From Myxococcota bacterium (GTDB lineage Bacteria > Myxococcota_A > SURF-8 > G963663525): a stretch of DNA of 64,000 nt. The position numbers were made by a program, and so were the translations under genes. Each line of letters begins with the position of its first letter. Within the stretch, counting starts at the first letter, position 1. The stretch is from positions 32,001-96,000 of the forward strand of contig CAXXVK010000052.1 of assembly GCA_963676915.2 (NCBI GenBank), in the 5' to 3' direction. Below, piece by piece: positions 59,603-64,000 of the stretch. The notes under the pieces were generated by a model that was not told the DNA's origin, made no database searches, and worked only from the letters and a program-made list of their open reading frames with translations.

Positions 59603-61306
59603 CTATTCGTCGTCCAGGGCGACGATTTCGTCCTGGGTTACGCGCATGACTTCCTCCACCGAGGTCCAGCCGCGCTTGATTTTCTCGATTCCGTCCATTC
59701 GCAGCGTCATCATTCCGTTGCTAAGAGCTTCTCTTTTGATCTCGTTGGCGTCGGCCGCCTGAAGAATCATGGTCTGAATATCTTCGTTGACCACCAACAG
59801 TTCGTGAATGCCGCTTCGGCCTTTGTAGCCCATATTCAGACAGGTAGGACACCCCACCGGACCCAAGATATTCAATCCGGCGAGATCTTCGCGGGTCATG
59901 CCCATCTGGATCAACTCGGCCCGAGTCGGTTCATGCGGAGCTTTGCAGTTTTTGCAGAGCAAACGTACCAAACGCTGGGCCATAATTCCGATGACGGAAG
60001 ACGCCACCAGGAAACGTTCGATATTCATATCCACCAGACGTGTAATCGTGCTGGCGGCATCGTTGGTATGCACGGTCGAAAAGACCAAGTGACCGGTCAA
60101 GGATGCCTGAATGGCGATTTCCGCCGTTTCGTGGTCACGAATTTCACCGATCATCACCACGTCCGGGTCTTGGCGCAAAATAGCGCGCAGACCGTTGGCG
60201 AAGGTCATGTCGATTTTGCGATTGACGGGAATCTGGCCGATACCGGGAAGCTGGTACTCGACCGGATCTTCAACCGTAATGATGTTCTTGTCCGGCGTGT
60301 TGATCTTGGAAAGCGCCGAGTAAAGCGTGGTGGTTTTACCCGAACCGGTCGGACCTGTAACCAGAATGATTCCGTGGGGTTGGCTGATAAGCTGGGCGAA
60401 AATTTCGAGGTTGCCTTCCAGAAATCCCAACTGGCTCATAGCGAGCAATACAGCTGAACGGTCGAGCAGACGCATAACGGTACGTTCACCGTGACTGGTG
60501 GGCAGGGTGGACAAGCGGATGTCGATGTCTTTACCCGCAATCTTGATCTTGATCCGGCCATCCTGGGGAAGTCGTTTTTCGGCGATATTCAGATTGCCCA
60601 TGATCTTGATACGGGCAGTGACAGCCGATTGCGCCCGCTTGGGAATCCGCACCACTTCATAAAGCACACCGTCGATACGGAACCGCACGACGACATCCTT
60701 TTCCATCGGCTCGATGTGAACGTCGCTGGCTCCTTCTTTTACGGCTCGGAAAAGAATGTTGTTGACGAAGCGAATCACCGGCGCGTCGTCTTCCAGACCG
60801 CCTTCGAGAATGTCCTGATCGATGTCGAGGGAATCTTCCTCTTCCTTTTTAAACTCTTCCTTGGAAAGATCCTGCCCCATCGCCCCGGCGTCAGAGTAAA
60901 TCTGATTGATCGAAGACAACAACCGGTTCCAACCGCAGACTTTCACTTCAACGGATTTACCGAACATCAACCGCAAATCGTCAAGAGCGAAAATTTCCAG
61001 AGGTTCGCTGGTGACGATGGTCACATCGTGGTCATCCACGGCGATCGGTAAAAAGCGATACTGCTTGGCATAGTTGATCGGAATATTTTCAACGAGGGCG
61101 ATGGGTAATTCTTCCGGCATCTTCTTCAGATAAGACAACCCAAGCTGCGTAGCCAGCGCATGGGCCAGTTCCTCGTCGTTGATTTCCTTCTGCCCCAGCA
61201 GAATTTCCCCGATCCTACCTTCCCGTTCGGCCTGGATCTCCAACGCACGAGCCAGTTTCTCGGGCTTGAGCGTCGTTTCTTTGAGCAGTATTTCTCCCAG
61301 CAACAT
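59603..61306 (-). CDS. gspE: Type II secretion ATPase E
   Basis: ASDVHIEP, RLPQDGR, GPTGSGKTTT, EDPVE, LRQDPD, TGHLVFST.H, CxxC pairs. Confidence 0.97.
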   Translation of the reverse strand: MLLGEILLKETTLKPEKLARALEIQAEREGRIGEILLGQKEINDEELAHALATQLGLSYLKKMPEELPIALVENIPINYAKQYRFLPIAVDDHDVTIVTSEPLEIFALDDLRLMFGKSVEVKVCGWNRLLSSINQIYSDAGAMGQDLSKEEFKKEEEDSLDIDQDILEGGLEDDAPVIRFVNNILFRAVKEGASDVHIEPMEKDVVVRFRIDGVLYEVVRIPKRAQSAVTARIKIMGNLNIAEKRLPQDGRIKIKIAGKDIDIRLSTLPTSHGERTVMRLLDRSAVLLAMSQLGFLEGNLEIFAQLISQPHGIILVTGPTGSGKTTTLYSALSKINTPDKNIITVEDPVEYQLPGIGQIPVNRKIDMTFANGLRAILRQDPDVVMIGEIRDHETAEIAIQASLTGHLVFSTVHTNDAASTITRLVDMNIERFLVASSVIGIMAQRLVRLLCKNCKAPHEPTRAELIQMGMTREDLAGLNILGPVGCPTCLNMGYKGRSGIHELLVVNEDIQTMILQAADANEIKREALSNGMMTLRMDGIEKIKRGWTSVEEVMRVTQDEIVALDDE

Positions 61307-61314
61307 TTCGGCGC

Positions 61315-63999
61315 CTACTCTTCCTCATCCGAGTCGGACGACGGCTGTTCGAACACATGCCGCATCAGGTCTTTTTTCGAGCGATATCCACTTTTTACCT
61401 CAGAAGGGGGCGACACGTTCTCGGAACTGTCCGCCTCGTCCTCACCAAGAGACAGCGGAAGGCTCTGGTCGGTACCCACTCCGATTTCGTAGATTCCGCG
61501 CTCATCTTCCGGCGTAATCAGAGTTTCTTTTTCCTGACGTTCTTTTTCCTCGGCCTGCGCCTTGGCTTCCTCGTCGGAAATCGTCTGACGGATGTGCTCG
61601 ACAATACCGGTTTTCTGGCTGTAATCGGTCGAATCGATAAGGTCTTCGTCCTCTCCGTAGAAACGCTTGAGGAATTCTGCACGCTCTTCCATTTTACGTC
61701 GGTAGATGCGCTTGAAATCTTCCTCGTCCTTGATGATGTGAGGCGTGAGGAAAATCAACAGGTTGGTTTTTTCCTTGGCGTCACGGTCACGGCGGAACAA
61801 ACGACCCAAAATCGGCAAATCTCCCAAAAACGGCACTTTGTCGATATCTTCCGTATTACGATCCCTCAACATACCGCCGATAACGATCGTCTGGTTATCT
61901 TTGACCACGACCGAACTTTTAGCGGCCCGCTTGGTGGTTGTGGGTCCGAGGGTTTCCGAAATCGAGACGAGTTCCGTCACTTCCTGTTGAACCTGCAGCC
62001 TGACGAAATCGCTCTCGTTGATCTGCGGTTTGATTTTCATCGTCAATGCCACGTCCTGGCGCTGAATGGACAACACCGGCTGGTTGTTGGAGTCACGGGA
62101 CGACCCGGTAATGAACGGTACGTTGGAACCGACGATAATTTCCGCTTCTTCGTTGTCCGTCGTCAAAATGTGCGGTGTGGACAGCACGTTGGCGTTGGAA
62201 TCGGTCTGCAATGCCTGCATCAACACGCCGAACGAAGGAATCGCGGCGTCTCCGACCAACCCTTCGGTCCCGGCAAGATCCGGTCCCTGTACGCCCACCG
62301 CCATACCGGAAAGCGTGGTCGGGTCGATGGAAATCGAACTCATCGTTCCCAATGTGGTTCCGGCGTACACCGGCACGGTTTCACCATCGATGGTCATGGT
62401 AAAACCACCGTTCATCGCAACACCCAACGAACGGTCCACACTTAAACGGACTTCCATGATGACCGCTTCGACGAACACCTGTCGGCGGCGGATATCCAGC
62501 TTGTCGATAACTTTCGTCAAAGCGTTGAAATCCTTGGTGGAAGCCACGATAACCAGGGAGTTGGTGGATTTATCCGCCGTGATTTTCACTTCGCCTTCAA
62601 ACAGGTCCGCTGTGTCACCCGTTTTCGATTTTCCCTTTTTCGATCGGGAACGGCTACCTTGGGAAAGGCTTGACAAGGTACTCGAAAGTTCCTCGGCATT
62701 GGCGTTTTCGAGATAGTAGACATGCACCTGACCATCGCCCGGGATCGGCACGTCGAGACGGTTGATCATGTCGAGAATCCTCGGCATCGCCGCACGAGGT
62801 GCAACGACGATCAGTTGGTTCGTTCGCTCTTCGGCAATGATATTGGTGATCGTGACCTGATCGTCTTCAGGCTCCGTCGTTTGGGTCTTTTTTTTGCTTT
62901 TCCTTCTGGTTTTTTTCGTCGTCTTTTTCTTTGTGCTGCTTTTACCCTTGGCTTTTTCTCCGAAAATCTGGTTCAGGGTATCGGCCACTTCCTGAGCGGA
63001 CGCATAGTAAATGTCGATAACGTGAATCGAGTCCCTACCGGATGGAACATCCAGCTCTTTCAGGATTTTCACCATCCGCCGAATGTTGATGGCCGTATCG
63101 GTGATGATCACGCTATTGGTCGGCTCGTATGTAAGAACTTCACCCTCTTTCGTTTTGAAATCCTTCAGGATTTTGTCCACATCCTTGATTTCGACGTGAG
63201 AGAGTTTGAGCATGTAAGTAATGACTTCCTCGGACGGCTCGGTGTCGCCACCTTCGAGGTAGGTCTTGATCGGGGAACGCTGGGCATCCCGAACGGGAAT
63301 GACTTTGTAGAACTTCCCGACCCGCACGAGCGCCAGATCGCGGGAACGAAGAACCGATAAAAACGCCTGCCAAGCCTGCTCCCGTGTGACCGGGTTGGGC
63401 GAAATCAACGTGATTTTCCCGCCTTTAACCTTGTCACCGATCAGGAAGTTGATTTTGAACTTCTCGGCCATCTGCTTGATGAACTCCAGCAGATCCTGGT
63501 CGTAATAGTCGATGTGGTACAGCTCGCCTTTTTCGAACTCGGTGAACGCCTTGCGCTCGTTCATCTTTTTCTCGGCGTCTTCGCTGGTCGGAATAGGCTG
63601 CTTGACCGCCGGAGGGACCGGAGGTGCCGAAGGACCACGCGGAGGAAGTCCCAAAGACGAACCACCTGCAGAAGCCGGAGGTGGATTATCAGGCGTTGCA
63701 TCCTCTTCGGTGTCGTCGACTTGATCGGCCTCGTCATTTTCCGTTTTGGCCATGTTCGTCTTTCGAGTAGCCGCAGCGTCGGAACCAAGGTTATTCTGAG
63801 ACGGAGCCACGGACGACGACATACCCGCACGATTTCGAATCGCGCCGTCAACCTTCAAAGGAAGCCTGTCGTTAAGTTTGATTCCCGCTTTTTGGGCTTT
63901 GGCGTTCCGTTCCTTCAGGGATTTCGGATCGTTGCCTCGCCGCATCCTCTCCTTGAGATTCAACGGAATGCCTTCATCATCCAAAGCCTGGTCTTTCAA
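61315..63999 (-). CDS. gspD: Type II secretion secretin D (5'-truncated at window edge)
   Basis: N0/N domains, TNSLVI, QVFVEA.IMEV, LSTPHILT.DNEEA.I.VG, KVPFLGDLPILG.LF, TNLLIFLTPHI. Confidence 0.95.
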   Translation of the reverse strand: MKDQALDDEGIPLNLKERMRRGNDPKSLKERNAKAQKAGIKLNDRLPLKVDGAIRNRAGMSSSVAPSQNNLGSDAAATRKTNMAKTENDEADQVDDTEEDATPDNPPPASAGGSSLGLPPRGPSAPPVPPAVKQPIPTSEDAEKKMNERKAFTEFEKGELYHIDYYDQDLLEFIKQMAEKFKINFLIGDKVKGGKITLISPNPVTREQAWQAFLSVLRSRDLALVRVGKFYKVIPVRDAQRSPIKTYLEGGDTEPSEEVITYMLKLSHVEIKDVDKILKDFKTKEGEVLTYEPTNSVIITDTAINIRRMVKILKELDVPSGRDSIHVIDIYYASAQEVADTLNQIFGEKAKGKSSTKKKTTKKTRRKSKKKTQTTEPEDDQVTITNIIAEERTNQLIVVAPRAAMPRILDMINRLDVPIPGDGQVHVYYLENANAEELSSTLSSLSQGSRSRSKKGKSKTGDTADLFEGEVKITADKSTNSLVIVASTKDFNALTKVIDKLDIRRRQVFVEAVIMEVRLSVDRSLGVAMNGGFTMTIDGETVPVYAGTTLGTMSSISIDPTTLSGMAVGVQGPDLAGTEGLVGDAAIPSFGVLMQALQTDSNANVLSTPHILTTDNEEAEIIVGSNVPFITGSSRDSNNQPVLSIQRQDVALTMKIKPQINESDFVRLQVQQEVTELVSISETLGPTTTKRAAKSSVVVKDNQTIVIGGMLRDRNTEDIDKVPFLGDLPILGRLFRRDRDAKEKTNLLIFLTPHIIKDEEDFKRIYRRKMEERAEFLKRFYGEDEDLIDSTDYSQKTGIVEHIRQTISDEEAKAQAEEKERQEKETLITPEDERGIYEIGVGTDQSLPLSLGEDEADSSENVSPPSEVKSGYRSKKDLMRHVFEQPSSDSDEEE

Positions 64000-64000
64000 C

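Overview
Chromosomal window from a bacterium of roughly mid-range GC (by eye). It is probably an anaerobic Myxococcota/deltaproteobacterium-like organism (inference from TIGR04552, Cys-rich lipoproteins, deltaproteobacterial-type T2SS, selB/selD, CGGC and NifX-like proteins). Left to right: a propeller/helical-barrel protein + radical SAM + GT-C operon; small redox/metal genes, including a sigma54-driven NifX-like/DUF5320 pair; a ~9.9-17.8 kb block of six frameshifted genes (2Fe-2S reductase, phytoene-dehydrogenase-like oxidoreductase, histidine kinase, SDR, lipase-like lipoprotein, OM barrel), where the shifts I traced are homopolymer indels; a ~200 bp MITE containing a perfect REP doublet; response regulator, gcvR-like, aspS, tRNA-Val, tRNA-Asp, SPFH/NfeD; selB and selD interleaved with two B12-radical SAM + UPF0104 flippase-like modules (one with GT2, GT-C and a methyltransferase); a 1.27k-aa Cys-rich lipoprotein; a RelA/SpoT-like TIGR04552 protein; and a gspD-N type II secretion operon with an extra lipobox-bearing pseudopilin. 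No rRNA, CRISPR array, selA, tRNA-Sec or in-frame Sec codon was seen. Family calls come from motif recognition only; no searches were run.
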